Source: Minisyncoccota bacterium (GTDB taxonomy: Bacteria; Patescibacteriota; Minisyncoccia; UBA6257; JAGOQP01). From it: a stretch of DNA of 64,000 nucleotides. The notes under the pieces were generated by a model. It was not told where the DNA came from. It saw only the letters and a list, made by a program, of their open reading frames with translations, and did not search any database. Below, in pieces: positions 27,312 to 36,778 of the stretch. The first letter of the stretch is position 1; each line of letters starts with the position of its first letter. The position numbers were made by a program, and so were the translations under genes. Location: assembly GCA_041661795.1 (NCBI GenBank), contig JBAZTS010000001.1:124161-188160 (forward strand). Direction: 5' to 3'.

Positions 27312-27923
27312 ATGAACAATCCACAAAAAGGTTTTAAAAATATACTTTTGGCTGTAGCGATCGTAGCGATTATTGGCGCGGTAGGATATTTTACTTTACC
27401 TCAAAAAAATTCAGAGCCAACAACAGAAGTAGCAAGTGCATCAACTATCATTTCAACAATCACCGATGCCGAGGCGAGACAGCAGTTGGAATCTGCCAAC
27501 ACTTGCAATTATCCTGACAGCTGGAACAGAAGCGATTGCGTGAATGCCGCGGAACCCCAAACAAGCTTAAAGGGAATTCATCAGGCTGTGCTCACCGAAG
27601 TTATCAGCTTCAAAAAGGACTGCGATACATGGACGGGAAGTGGGGGCGCTTGCAACGTCGGCGTAACGGGCGGTACTGAAATTAGCGGCGGACATGCGGG
27701 TGGCGACTGTAGCCATTTAACCGGCGACAAGATAGACATTAGCAACACCATCTCGGTTAATAATTATATCTTAGCTAAGGATTCAGCCGGCAATTATGTC
27801 AACTTTACTTTAACTGGCAACCGTGAAGACGGTACCGCACTATATAAAAACAAAATGACCGGAGTCATATATGCCGAAGAATCAGACCACTGGGATATCG
27901 GCGGTGTGGGTTGTATAAAATAA
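27312..27923 (+). CDS. Membrane-anchored protein with pilin-like leader and M15/Hedgehog-like Zn peptidase motifs
   Basis: QKGF plus hydrophobic helix; SHLTGDKID and EESDHWD. Confidence 0.7.
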   Translation: MNNPQKGFKNILLAVAIVAIIGAVGYFTLPQKNSEPTTEVASASTIISTITDAEARQQLESANTCNYPDSWNRSDCVNAAEPQTSLKGIHQAVLTEVISFKKDCDTWTGSGGACNVGVTGGTEISGGHAGGDCSHLTGDKIDISNTISVNNYILAKDSAGNYVNFTLTGNREDGTALYKNKMTGVIYAEESDHWDIGGVGCIK

Positions 27924-27927
27924 CACC

Positions 27928-27999
27928 ACCTCGTTAGAGATGGCTAGTTACAAATTTCTAGTTTATTAAATAGTCGGTTATATCTATCTCTAACGGGGT
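27928..27999. repeat. 72-bp MITE-like element
   Basis: ACCTCGTTAGAGAT / ATCTCTAACGGGGT terminal inverted repeat (13 of 14 match). Confidence 0.65.
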
Positions 28000-28064
28000 T
28001 CACCAAACAAAAAATGGCTTCAGGCTATTTTTTGTTTTATAGATATTTGCTGTATAATTAATTC

Positions 28065-29030
28065 ATGTCAAACCAAGAAAACCAAATTATAAAAATCATA
28101 GAAGAAACTCTACCTTCGGTTATTTCTATTTTACCTGAAGACAAAGACGTTGACGACTTCAAAAATATAAGCCAGGACACAATAAAAAAGATATTAAAAA
28201 GAGAGGAGGAATTAAACGGCGGTTCTGGGTTTATTGTTGACGAAAATGGGATAGTTGTAACAGTAAGACACATACTCTCCAACAGCGATACCTATAAAAT
28301 CACAACCAACAGCAACGCTTCTTACAAAGCCAAAAAAATAGGAGTTGATACCGTAAACGATATAGCTTTTTTAAAAATAGAATCGGATGATAAATTCCAA
28401 GCGCTTCCCTTGGGAGATTCGTCTAATCTGAAACTTGGCCAGAGCGTTTTGGCTATTGGAAATGTTCTGGGGATTTTTTCCAACACAGTCTCGGAAGGAA
28501 TAATTTCGGGACTTTTAAGATCAATTACCGCCAGCGACGGAAAAAAGACAGAAGAAAATTTACATGGACTGATTCAAACCGATGCAGCTATAAATCCAGG
28601 TAATTCCGGCGGGCCTTTAATAAATTCAGATGGAGAAGCTGTGGGAATAAATTCAGCCAGTGTTGCCCAAGCTGAAAATATTGGTTTTGCCATGCCGATA
28701 AACATAATTAAAAAGGATTTGGAAAAAATAAAAAAGTTTGGAACTTTTAGGAGGCCTTTTTTGGGAGTAAGATATATAATAATTGACAAAGGCGCTTTAA
28801 TAATCAAACCAGACAAGTACAGACCGGCGGTGGTGGAATTAAGTCCGGCTGATAAAGCCGGTCTAAAAGAAGGAGACGTTATAACGCGCATCAATGAAAA
28901 TGAGATAAATAAAGAGCATAACCTTGAAGATTTTTTGGAAGAGTCGCTGGTTGGTCAAAGAGTAAAGATGGTTATTTTGAGAGAAAAAGTTAAATTTGAA
29001 ACAACTCTTAAACTTGAAGAGATAAAATAA
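28065..29030 (+). CDS. HtrA/DegP-family serine protease with PDZ domain
   Basis: GSGFIV, VTVRH, QTDAAINPGNSGGPL, SPADKAGLKEGDVI; no evident signal peptide. Confidence 0.93.
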   Translation: MSNQENQIIKIIEETLPSVISILPEDKDVDDFKNISQDTIKKILKREEELNGGSGFIVDENGIVVTVRHILSNSDTYKITTNSNASYKAKKIGVDTVNDIAFLKIESDDKFQALPLGDSSNLKLGQSVLAIGNVLGIFSNTVSEGIISGLLRSITASDGKKTEENLHGLIQTDAAINPGNSGGPLINSDGEAVGINSASVAQAENIGFAMPINIIKKDLEKIKKFGTFRRPFLGVRYIIIDKGALIIKPDKYRPAVVELSPADKAGLKEGDVITRINENEINKEHNLEDFLEESLVGQRVKMVILREKVKFETTLKLEEIK

Positions 29031-29045
29031 CAAGCAAAATACTCA

Positions 29046-29198
29046 TTAGAATATGGATATTTTGTTACTATCTTTCTGGTAATAATTAAGGTAAGGAGCT
29101 TGACGTTCTGAAGGTTTATTCAAACCAAGGTCTTTAACAAATCCATAAATATAAAAAATCACCAGAATTAAAACTAAGCCGATAATAATACCTTTCAT
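29046..29198 (-). CDS. Small single-TM protein, 50 aa (not in ORF track)
   Basis: MKGIIIGLVLILVIFYIYGFVKDLGLNKPSERQAPYLNYYQKDSNKISIF begins 7 nt after the leuS stop. Confidence 0.55.
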   Translation of the reverse strand: MKGIIIGLVLILVIFYIYGFVKDLGLNKPSERQAPYLNYYQKDSNKISIF

Positions 29199-29205
29199 AA
29201 AATCT

Positions 29206-31644
29206 TTAAGGTTTAAGAACTATATTAATTACTTTGCCGGGAATAAATATAATTCTGTCAATTCTCAAATCTTTAAGATAAGACGATAATTTACTGTCTT
29301 TTTTTATAATAACCAAAACTTCTTCCTGATTGGGACTTCCCGAAAGTTTTAACAATCCCCTTGTCTTTCCGTTAAATTGGACGGCTATATTGGATAATTG
29401 ATGACCCGTTATTTTTTTGTTAAATTTAGGCCATTTTTCCAAATGCACTGATTTACACGGATGAAGTTTCTGCCAGATTTCTTCAGTAATAAAAGGAGCA
29501 AAAGGAGAAAGCAGTTTTATAAAAGTTTCAAACTGGGACACGGAAACATTATTAGATTTTTCCATGTTATTAAAAAGAATCATCAGAGAGCTGATAGCTG
29601 TATTGTAGTTTAAGCTATCTATATCGTCGCTCACCTTCTTTACCGTCTGATTTATCATGACTTCAATTCCTTTCTCATGAGTCCCATGCTTTAAGCTGTG
29701 CGATTTAGAAAATTTCCAAACTCTATCTAAAAACCTATAAATACCAATAATGGCCTGGTCCCTAAAATCACCTCCCTGTTCAAATGGAGCTAAAAACATT
29801 AGATAAGTTCTTAATGTGTCGGCTCCAAATCTTTTTATATACTCATCGGGGTTTATAATATTTCCCTTGGACTTGGACATTTTGGCTCCTTCTTTAATAA
29901 TCAGTCCGTGGGCTCTGAATTTTTTTACCGGCTCTTGAAAATCAACCAATTTTAAATCGTGTAAAGCCATAGCCAAAAACCTAATGTACAAAAGATGAAG
30001 AACCGAATGTTCCGCTCCTCCTATGTACATATCAATAGGCAACCATCGCTTTGCGATGTTGCTAAATTCCAAACTCCCAACTCCCAACTTCCAACTAGAA
30101 AAAACCATTAAATAGCCAATATAGTACCAAGCCGAATCAAGAAATGTATCAGAAACATCTGTTTCTCTTGTGGCCTTGCCTCCGCATTTAGGACATTTAG
30201 TTTCATAAAAAGATTTAACAAAAGCCAAAGGAGATTTTCCTTTGCCTTGAGGCCTAAAATCTTTAACAACAGGGAGTTTGATTGGTAAATCTTTTTCTGG
30301 AACTGGTTGCCAGGCGCATTTTTTACAAAAAATCATGGGAATCGGAGGACCCCAATATCTTTGACGAGAGATGAGCCAATCACGAAGGTGAAATTGAGAT
30401 GTTATTTTCCCACCAACTAATTTGGTTATTTCAATTATAGCTTTTTTAGAATCCATTCCGTTAAACTTTCCGGAATTAATTAAATGTTCTTTATCATCTA
30501 AAACTTGCACAGAAACAAGTTTATATTTTTTGGCAAATTCAAAATCCCTTTGATCATGCGCTGGAACGGCCATAATAGCTCCCATTCCGTAAGAACCCAA
30601 AACATAATCAGCTACAAAAATAGGAATCTCTTTCTTAGTAGCTGGATTCATTGCTTTTATACCTTTTAATTCAACTCCCGTTTTTTCTCCACCCTCTCTT
30701 ATTCTTTCATCTCTTGATTTTGACTTCGCTTTATTCACATAACTTTCTATCTCTTTCCAGTTTTTCACCTTAGACCCTAAATCCTTAATCCTATCCCCTA
30801 ACAATTCATGCTCTGGAGATAAAACTATGTAAGTAGCTCCAAATAATGTATCTGGACGAGTGGTAAAGATACGTATATCGTATGCCGTATTTCGTATTTT
30901 AAAATCAATCAGGGCTCCGTCACTGCGTCCTATCCATTCTTTTTGAGCAATTTTAACTTTATCCGACCAATCTAATTTATCTATGTTATTTAATAATTTA
31001 TCGGCATAATCGGTTATTTTAAAAAACCATTGCTCCAATTTCTTTCTAATGACTTTAGTAGAACATCTTTCACATTCACCCCGCTCAATATCTGAGCGAG
31101 GCTCGCCTTTTCGAGATGAGGCGGCAGAAATTACCTGTTCATCTGCCAGTACAGTTTTACAGGAAGGACACCAATTAACTTCTTGTTTCTTTCTATAAGC
31201 TAACCCCTTTTTAAACATCTGGACAAATATCCATTGTGTCCATTTATAATAATTTGAATCATACGTTTCAAGTTTTTCTTTCCAAGCAAAACCGTTGCCC
31301 ATTGTTTCAAGTTGTTTATAGAACTTTTTTTCTGAAATTTTTGCCTGTTTAGCCGGATGGATCCCTACTTTAATGGCATAGTTTTCCGAATGAATACCAA
31401 AACCATCAAGCCCAATTGGCTCAAAAACATCGTATCCTTCCATTCTTTTCTTCCTCCCATAAATATCGGAGCCAACAAAAGCATACATATTTCCAACGTG
31501 AAGACCTTCTGCCGAAGGATAGGGAAACATCATTAAATTATAAAATGGCAATTTTGCTCTCAAAACAGAGGGTTCATACACCCCATTTTTCTTCCAAATT
31601 TGATTCCATTTTTTCTCTATTTTTTTAAAGTCAAAGCTATTCAT
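29206..31644 (-). CDS. leuS: Leucine--tRNA ligase
   Basis: MFPYPS-LHVGN, FTTRPDT, DWLISRQRYWG, KMSKS; several repeat-derived segments. Confidence 0.97.
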   Translation of the reverse strand: MNSFDFKKIEKKWNQIWKKNGVYEPSVLRAKLPFYNLMMFPYPSAEGLHVGNMYAFVGSDIYGRKKRMEGYDVFEPIGLDGFGIHSENYAIKVGIHPAKQAKISEKKFYKQLETMGNGFAWKEKLETYDSNYYKWTQWIFVQMFKKGLAYRKKQEVNWCPSCKTVLADEQVISAASSRKGEPRSDIERGECERCSTKVIRKKLEQWFFKITDYADKLLNNIDKLDWSDKVKIAQKEWIGRSDGALIDFKIRNTAYDIRIFTTRPDTLFGATYIVLSPEHELLGDRIKDLGSKVKNWKEIESYVNKAKSKSRDERIREGGEKTGVELKGIKAMNPATKKEIPIFVADYVLGSYGMGAIMAVPAHDQRDFEFAKKYKLVSVQVLDDKEHLINSGKFNGMDSKKAIIEITKLVGGKITSQFHLRDWLISRQRYWGPPIPMIFCKKCAWQPVPEKDLPIKLPVVKDFRPQGKGKSPLAFVKSFYETKCPKCGGKATRETDVSDTFLDSAWYYIGYLMVFSSWKLGVGSLEFSNIAKRWLPIDMYIGGAEHSVLHLLYIRFLAMALHDLKLVDFQEPVKKFRAHGLIIKEGAKMSKSKGNIINPDEYIKRFGADTLRTYLMFLAPFEQGGDFRDQAIIGIYRFLDRVWKFSKSHSLKHGTHEKGIEVMINQTVKKVSDDIDSLNYNTAISSLMILFNNMEKSNNVSVSQFETFIKLLSPFAPFITEEIWQKLHPCKSVHLEKWPKFNKKITGHQLSNIAVQFNGKTRGLLKLSGSPNQEEVLVIIKKDSKLSSYLKDLRIDRIIFIPGKVINIVLKP

Positions 31645-31713
31645 TTTACTAAGAGAGATGACTACGGATAATAACAAATTTATACCGATAATGTAAAACA
31701 GTCCTTTGTCGGT

Positions 31714-33243
31714 TTATTTCTTGATGAAAAAGTTTATTCTAAAACTTATGAATCCGTTGCCTAAATCTGAAAAACTAGAGAGAGGCATATCTACCCTTTC
31801 TATTTTATCAATTAACTCAATTTTATTTTTAAAATCAAGCGCATAGGATTCCTTGGTGGTTCTAGCGCTTATTGAAGCCGGACTTTGGTTGCCTGATATT
31901 GATAACCTATCAATAGAAACATTACTTCCGATACTGGAATAAATTGAAGAGACCACATCAGATATTTTAATTATTTGTCCCTTGGCTTTAATGGCTTTAT
32001 CAACTCCAGTATTAAACTGTTCGGCTTCTTTTTTAAGAGTGTTTAAATAAGCGATGTTGTGATTGGCTGAAAGATTAGCCACATCACCGGCCAAACTCAT
32101 AGAAAAAGAATCCAAAAACACAAAAACTCCCCAATAAGCGAAAACTATTACTGATAAAGTGGCTATGATGACATTTTTCCAAATACTAAAAAAAGAAGTA
32201 ACTTGAGAATGAAAAAACTTGTTCTCGGTATCTTCGGGAGCCAAACTTATTTCTCTATCTTGTGATCTTGAAACTATTCCCCTAATAGCTGCTCCCAATG
32301 ATGCCGACCAAGAAACATCAACCGCAAAAGAATTTAAAGAGAGAGGAGATACTTCTAAAACAAAATTGTCCATAAGAATGTTTTTCACCTGCTCTTCAAT
32401 CCCCGGGGCAACAATATATATTTTTTTCAAGTTGTCTTGGAATCTACCAGAATAAAAGTTAATTACCCTATGACCTTCCTGAATTATTAAGGACTTAAAT
32501 TGGTCAAAAGATATTTCTCTCTGAGACCCATCTTTAGCAACGATCGTTTCCCAAGGAGAAAACCTATTAAAATATAAAGAACCCTCCCTCACCACCGAGA
32601 AGCTCATTCCATCGCTATTTATGTGCATTATAAAATACGAATATTTTTCATGATCTTTATTTATTGTATCTATAACTCTTACCAAAGAGGCGGCTTTTTG
32701 CTCAATAGCTAATACAGTAAAATCGGCCTGGGAAAGACAGGAAGACATGGAATTTATGATGTTTTTATCCACAAAAGAAGATAAAATTTCTGTCTCATGG
32801 ACAGATTTTCCTTGATCAGAAATATTTTGCCAATCAGAATAGGCACCAGAAAAGTTTATGGGAGAAATGACCTGCATATTTAATCTAACCGTTTCTTTAA
32901 AATCGGATTCCTTTAAAATCGGGAGTACAAAAGATTGAGTGTAAATATTAGAGTCGGATAACGTGACTATAACTGCTACTTTTTTATTTTTTCTGGGAGT
33001 AATGCTGTCGTGCAAAGTTTCTAAAGCTTTTATAAATTCTTTGGAATTTATAATACTCCCGTTTCTTAGGGCGCCTATCGGAATTTTAGTCGAAAATTTT
33101 GAAATTTTATTAGTATCAACATCTAGGATAGCAAAAAATACTCCATTGTCAGTAATTTCCATCCCTCCAATCTCTGTCTTGGGTTTGATTAGCCGTAAAA
33201 ACTTTTTTAGTACTTTCGTAATCATTTCGTATTTCGTAGCCAA
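31714..33243 (-). CDS. PilM-like protein fused to a PilN-like TM/periplasmic region
   Basis: IGGMEITD actin-like N-terminus, EISLAP, one TM, then PilN-like C-terminus; last gene of the T4P operon. Confidence 0.7.
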   Translation of the reverse strand: MATKYEMITKVLKKFLRLIKPKTEIGGMEITDNGVFFAILDVDTNKISKFSTKIPIGALRNGSIINSKEFIKALETLHDSITPRKNKKVAVIVTLSDSNIYTQSFVLPILKESDFKETVRLNMQVISPINFSGAYSDWQNISDQGKSVHETEILSSFVDKNIINSMSSCLSQADFTVLAIEQKAASLVRVIDTINKDHEKYSYFIMHINSDGMSFSVVREGSLYFNRFSPWETIVAKDGSQREISFDQFKSLIIQEGHRVINFYSGRFQDNLKKIYIVAPGIEEQVKNILMDNFVLEVSPLSLNSFAVDVSWSASLGAAIRGIVSRSQDREISLAPEDTENKFFHSQVTSFFSIWKNVIIATLSVIVFAYWGVFVFLDSFSMSLAGDVANLSANHNIAYLNTLKKEAEQFNTGVDKAIKAKGQIIKISDVVSSIYSSIGSNVSIDRLSISGNQSPASISARTTKESYALDFKNKIELIDKIERVDMPLSSFSDLGNGFISFRINFFIKK

Positions 33244-33245
33244 AT

Positions 33246-33656
33246 TTAATTGACCGATACTTCTTCTATAGAATCAATATTAACAAATCCAGAATTATTG
33301 TCGGCTTGAAGAATTGCCTCAAATTTACTTCTTTTATCAACAGCCACCGCCTCTGAAGAGATGTCATATCTTCCACTTATATCCCTTGTGATTTGTATTG
33401 CGGTAGAAGCATTATCCAAGGTGAGAGAATAAGACCCCGATGGAAAATCTTTATCCCACAGAACCTTTAATATAGCATCGTTTATACCGGCTTTTGCAGC
33501 CATAGAAGCGTTTCTGGAAAGACGAACGCCTAACCCTTGTTGATTTAGAAAATAAGAAGCCACCAAACTAGCTATGGCCGCTTCCACCACTATAGCTCCC
33601 ATTATTAGTATTGCAGAAAGAGCAGCGACTCCTTTTTTATTATTGAGTAACTTCAT
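33246..33656 (-). CDS. PilX-like minor pilin
   Basis: KKG/VAALSAILIM leader without E5; AAKAGINDA. Confidence 0.75.
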   Translation of the reverse strand: MKLLNNKKGVAALSAILIMGAIVVEAAIASLVASYFLNQQGLGVRLSRNASMAAKAGINDAILKVLWDKDFPSGSYSLTLDNASTAIQITRDISGRYDISSEAVAVDKRSKFEAILQADNNSGFVNIDSIEEVSVN

Positions 33657-33996
33657 TTTCTCTTATAGAGTTCAAAACTTGGCTTGATGAAGATAATTTT
33701 ACTATCCAAACGACTTTATCATTGTTTATTTTTATCTTGTCTTCTGGACCCCAAACTGATTCTTTAAATTTTGACAAAGCAAGATTTTGCGTTTGAGAAT
33801 CTTTATTAAGATACCAAACATTGGAGAGCGAAAGATAAGGAAATCTGGAAAGTTTGCCAAAATAAATATCTCCGGTATCAAGATAGACAGCATAATAATC
33901 ACTGCCATTGGCAGTTCCTTTCCAATAAAGAAACCCGGCCACAAAAATTAATAAGACAACTAACACAACCAACAACGCAATTATTATTTTTTTCAT
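33640..33996 (-). CDS. Membrane-anchored hypothetical protein in the pilus operon
   Basis: N-terminal TM; YAVYLDTGDIYFGKL. Confidence 0.75.
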   Translation of the reverse strand: MKKIIIALLVVLVVLLIFVAGFLYWKGTANGSDYYAVYLDTGDIYFGKLSRFPYLSLSNVWYLNKDSQTQNLALSKFKESVWGPEDKIKINNDKVVWIVKLSSSSQVLNSIRENEVTQ

Positions 33997-34020
33997 ATGA
34001 TTTGATTATAAACTATTTAT

Positions 34021-35568
34021 TTATTTACTCCAGTTTAAATGAATATCATTCACCGTAGGAGAATTTCCAGAATCAGGAGAAAGGAATATTTTGTATCTAA
34101 AGTATCTGGAGTTATACAACCCAGAAAGCTTTTTAGAAATATTGCTGTTAGTGGGAGTGTAATAACTTGAACCAGTCCCATCCGAACCGACATATGTCCA
34201 GGGACCGCCTGATGAGTTGGATGTGGCAATTTGGAACTTAATCACGGTACCAGATGGTTTTGTCCCCTGCCAAAGAACACTATTTAGAGAAGCACCCCCA
34301 ACAACTTGTGAATCATAAATTAATGATGTTAAATCACCTGATATAGTAGTAGAAGCCAAAGTCAAGGATAATCCTGCGGTAATATTAGTTGAAGAGGAAA
34401 AAGTATTTATAATAGAAGAAGTTGTGGCATCTCCCACGTTTCCTCCCGACCAATCGTATTGGGAAAAAACATCATCTTTATACCGCGTCAAATAATTTGA
34501 AAACTTTAGATTTCTTCCATCCTGCCATTCAACAGCGCTAACAACTTTTTGAGTGGAAGGGTCATCTGTCCCACTGCTTGCTACTATATCGTTATTGCCG
34601 TCTCTTTGGACATTTTCTAAATAAAAATATCTGGAATATACGGCGCTGTTATAAATTTGTTTTATTTCTTGAGCGGAAAGAGCGCGGTTATAAACACGAA
34701 CATCGTCAATAAAACCATTTACATAGTAACCAGGATAGTATCCTATATTTGTTGCGGACCCAGTAGTTAAAGCCCCTGAAACGGGATTAGTTGCAGTTTG
34801 ATTTCCATCAATATACGACACTAAATTTGATCCGTCATAAGTCAACGCAAGAAAATGCCAACTACCATCAGTAACGCCCGATCCAGAATTAAAAACTTGT
34901 CTTCCTTGAGTTGCAGTGGTTACACCTGTACGTATCTGCCCCCCCGGATCTGGAACACTTATTTCAATCTGAGTACCCTGCATAAAAATGATATGATGAT
35001 CACTAGTAGAAACGCCAACTCTTTTAAACCACCCCGACACAGTAACGTATAGTGGCGGATTTGGTGGAGACGCAATACCCACATAATTACTTCCATTAAA
35101 ACTTAAACATCCACCGACTCGACAACTGGACGAAGCTGTGCGCGTTGGACTGCCATTTAAAGTTCCACTATTATAATTCCCCGAGGAATCATACGCTAAA
35201 GAACCTGCTGTTTCGTCCATTTTCCAATGTCCCACAAGTCCACTATTAACATCATTATATAGAATGCTTTCTTGGCCGGATACTGACACCGCTGCAGTGG
35301 AAGAAGAAACTATAAAATATTGATTAGCTGAACCTTTGTTTAAATCGTATATATTGTGCCAATTATTATTTGTGAATGATTCAACTTTATTGGCTAAATC
35401 CATAGCCAAAGAAGAAGCTGTCTGGTTTCCCCTATTCTCAAAATTATTTTTTATAACAGAAACAATAGCCACTGTGGCTCCTAAAATAAACATCCCTCCA
35501 ACAGCTATAGCGACTAAAACTTCCATCAAGAGCTGACCACTTTGATTTTTTATATTAATATGAATCAT
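34021..35568 (-). CDS. Minor pilin (PilV-like) with internal LamG domain
   Basis: SG/QLLMEVLV; LVGHWKMDE...IDDVRVYNRALS. Confidence 0.85.
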   Translation of the reverse strand: MIHINIKNQSGQLLMEVLVAIAVGGMFILGATVAIVSVIKNNFENRGNQTASSLAMDLANKVESFTNNNWHNIYDLNKGSANQYFIVSSSTAAVSVSGQESILYNDVNSGLVGHWKMDETAGSLAYDSSGNYNSGTLNGSPTRTASSSCRVGGCLSFNGSNYVGIASPPNPPLYVTVSGWFKRVGVSTSDHHIIFMQGTQIEISVPDPGGQIRTGVTTATQGRQVFNSGSGVTDGSWHFLALTYDGSNLVSYIDGNQTATNPVSGALTTGSATNIGYYPGYYVNGFIDDVRVYNRALSAQEIKQIYNSAVYSRYFYLENVQRDGNNDIVASSGTDDPSTQKVVSAVEWQDGRNLKFSNYLTRYKDDVFSQYDWSGGNVGDATTSSIINTFSSSTNITAGLSLTLASTTISGDLTSLIYDSQVVGGASLNSVLWQGTKPSGTVIKFQIATSNSSGGPWTYVGSDGTGSSYYTPTNSNISKKLSGLYNSRYFRYKIFLSPDSGNSPTVNDIHLNWSK

Positions 35569-36760
35569 ATAAATTTTTTACCTCTGTTGGAGAAAGAGCG
35601 CGATTATAAATACGGACGTCGTCAATTAGACCTTTAAAATTGTAACCACCCACTATAAACCAATTTCCAAAGGCCCAATACTTAGTTGTTGGCAAGGTTA
35701 GAGATGCTGGTATTCCTCCGTTAAAACCACTAAAGCCGATATCTTGACCGTTAATGTATGCTTTCAATTTATTTGCATTACCAATTTGAGTTCCATCAAA
35801 CACAATTACTATATTATTCCAACTCCCAGCACTGTAGCCAGCAGTATTAGTAAGACCATAATTATTTCCTGCATCAGATACACTATCTGCTACAAAACAG
35901 TAAAAATCGGTAGATGCTGAATTACTCTTTCGTAATATAATTTGTGAATTTCCTGATGAGCTCCAAGAAGACCAGAGCACTCCTGATGGATTGATGACCG
36001 GTTCTGAAAACCAAATAGACCAAGTAACTTTGTTAAGACCATCCACAATATTTTTATTTCCAATATCAATATAATCACTGGCCCCATTAAAACTAATCGC
36101 TCCTCCAAGTTTCCCAAACGCCCAAGTCGTACCTCCACCGTTATTTGCTGTTCCGTTATTTGAATTTCCCGACACATCCTCAAGTCCCACGGTTGTGTCA
36201 TCAGCAATGATTCCGCTTGTTCCTCCGTCAAATGGCCAATATCCTACCAAAGAATCGTCTTGAGAAACGCCTATCTTTCCCTGCGAGCTAATAGAAACAA
36301 CAGCGGTATTGCTCCCTCCTTTCATTCTAACAACCAAAGAGTCGGATAAAATTGGCTTCCCCGATATGGCTATAAAAGATATGGTCTTTGAGCTCCCGTC
36401 AACCGGACTAACCAAATCCGTTACCGGATTTAACCCACTTTCCACAACAACCGAAGAAGTTGCATAAGAGGTTCCTGAAAATATTTGATAGTAGTCAATC
36501 GAACTAGTACTGTTGGTAAACTTTATGCTCCAGCCATAACCCCCTTCCTGATTAATTGACCTGTTTTGCGTATTTCTTATGGCTTCAACAATATTTTCCA
36601 CATCCAAATCAAAACTGTGCCTGTTTTTATAGTTTCCAAAACCTATAAAAGCGACTCCGGCCATAACGATTACAATTCCCACGGATATCAAAAGCTCAAC
36701 CATGGTAAAGGATTTCTTGCAAGCAAAAAATCTTTTTGTTTTTCCTTTTTTGTCTTTCAT
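35555..36760 (-). CDS. Pilin (FimT-like) fused to LamG domain
   Basis: S/FTMVELL; LVGYWPFD...IDDVRIYNRALS. Confidence 0.85.
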   Translation of the reverse strand: MKDKKGKTKRFFACKKSFTMVELLISVGIVIVMAGVAFIGFGNYKNRHSFDLDVENIVEAIRNTQNRSINQEGGYGWSIKFTNSTSSIDYYQIFSGTSYATSSVVVESGLNPVTDLVSPVDGSSKTISFIAISGKPILSDSLVVRMKGGSNTAVVSISSQGKIGVSQDDSLVGYWPFDGGTSGIIADDTTVGLEDVSGNSNNGTANNGGGTTWAFGKLGGAISFNGASDYIDIGNKNIVDGLNKVTWSIWFSEPVINPSGVLWSSWSSSGNSQIILRKSNSASTDFYCFVADSVSDAGNNYGLTNTAGYSAGSWNNIVIVFDGTQIGNANKLKAYINGQDIGFSGFNGGIPASLTLPTTKYWAFGNWFIVGGYNFKGLIDDVRIYNRALSPTEVKNLYDSY

Positions 36761-36778
36761 ATAAAATACAAACTACTA

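Noticed and set aside
23626-27999. Prophage or integrative element in the tRNA cluster
   Set aside because: No integrase, terminase or structural genes; only single-gene islets between tRNAs.
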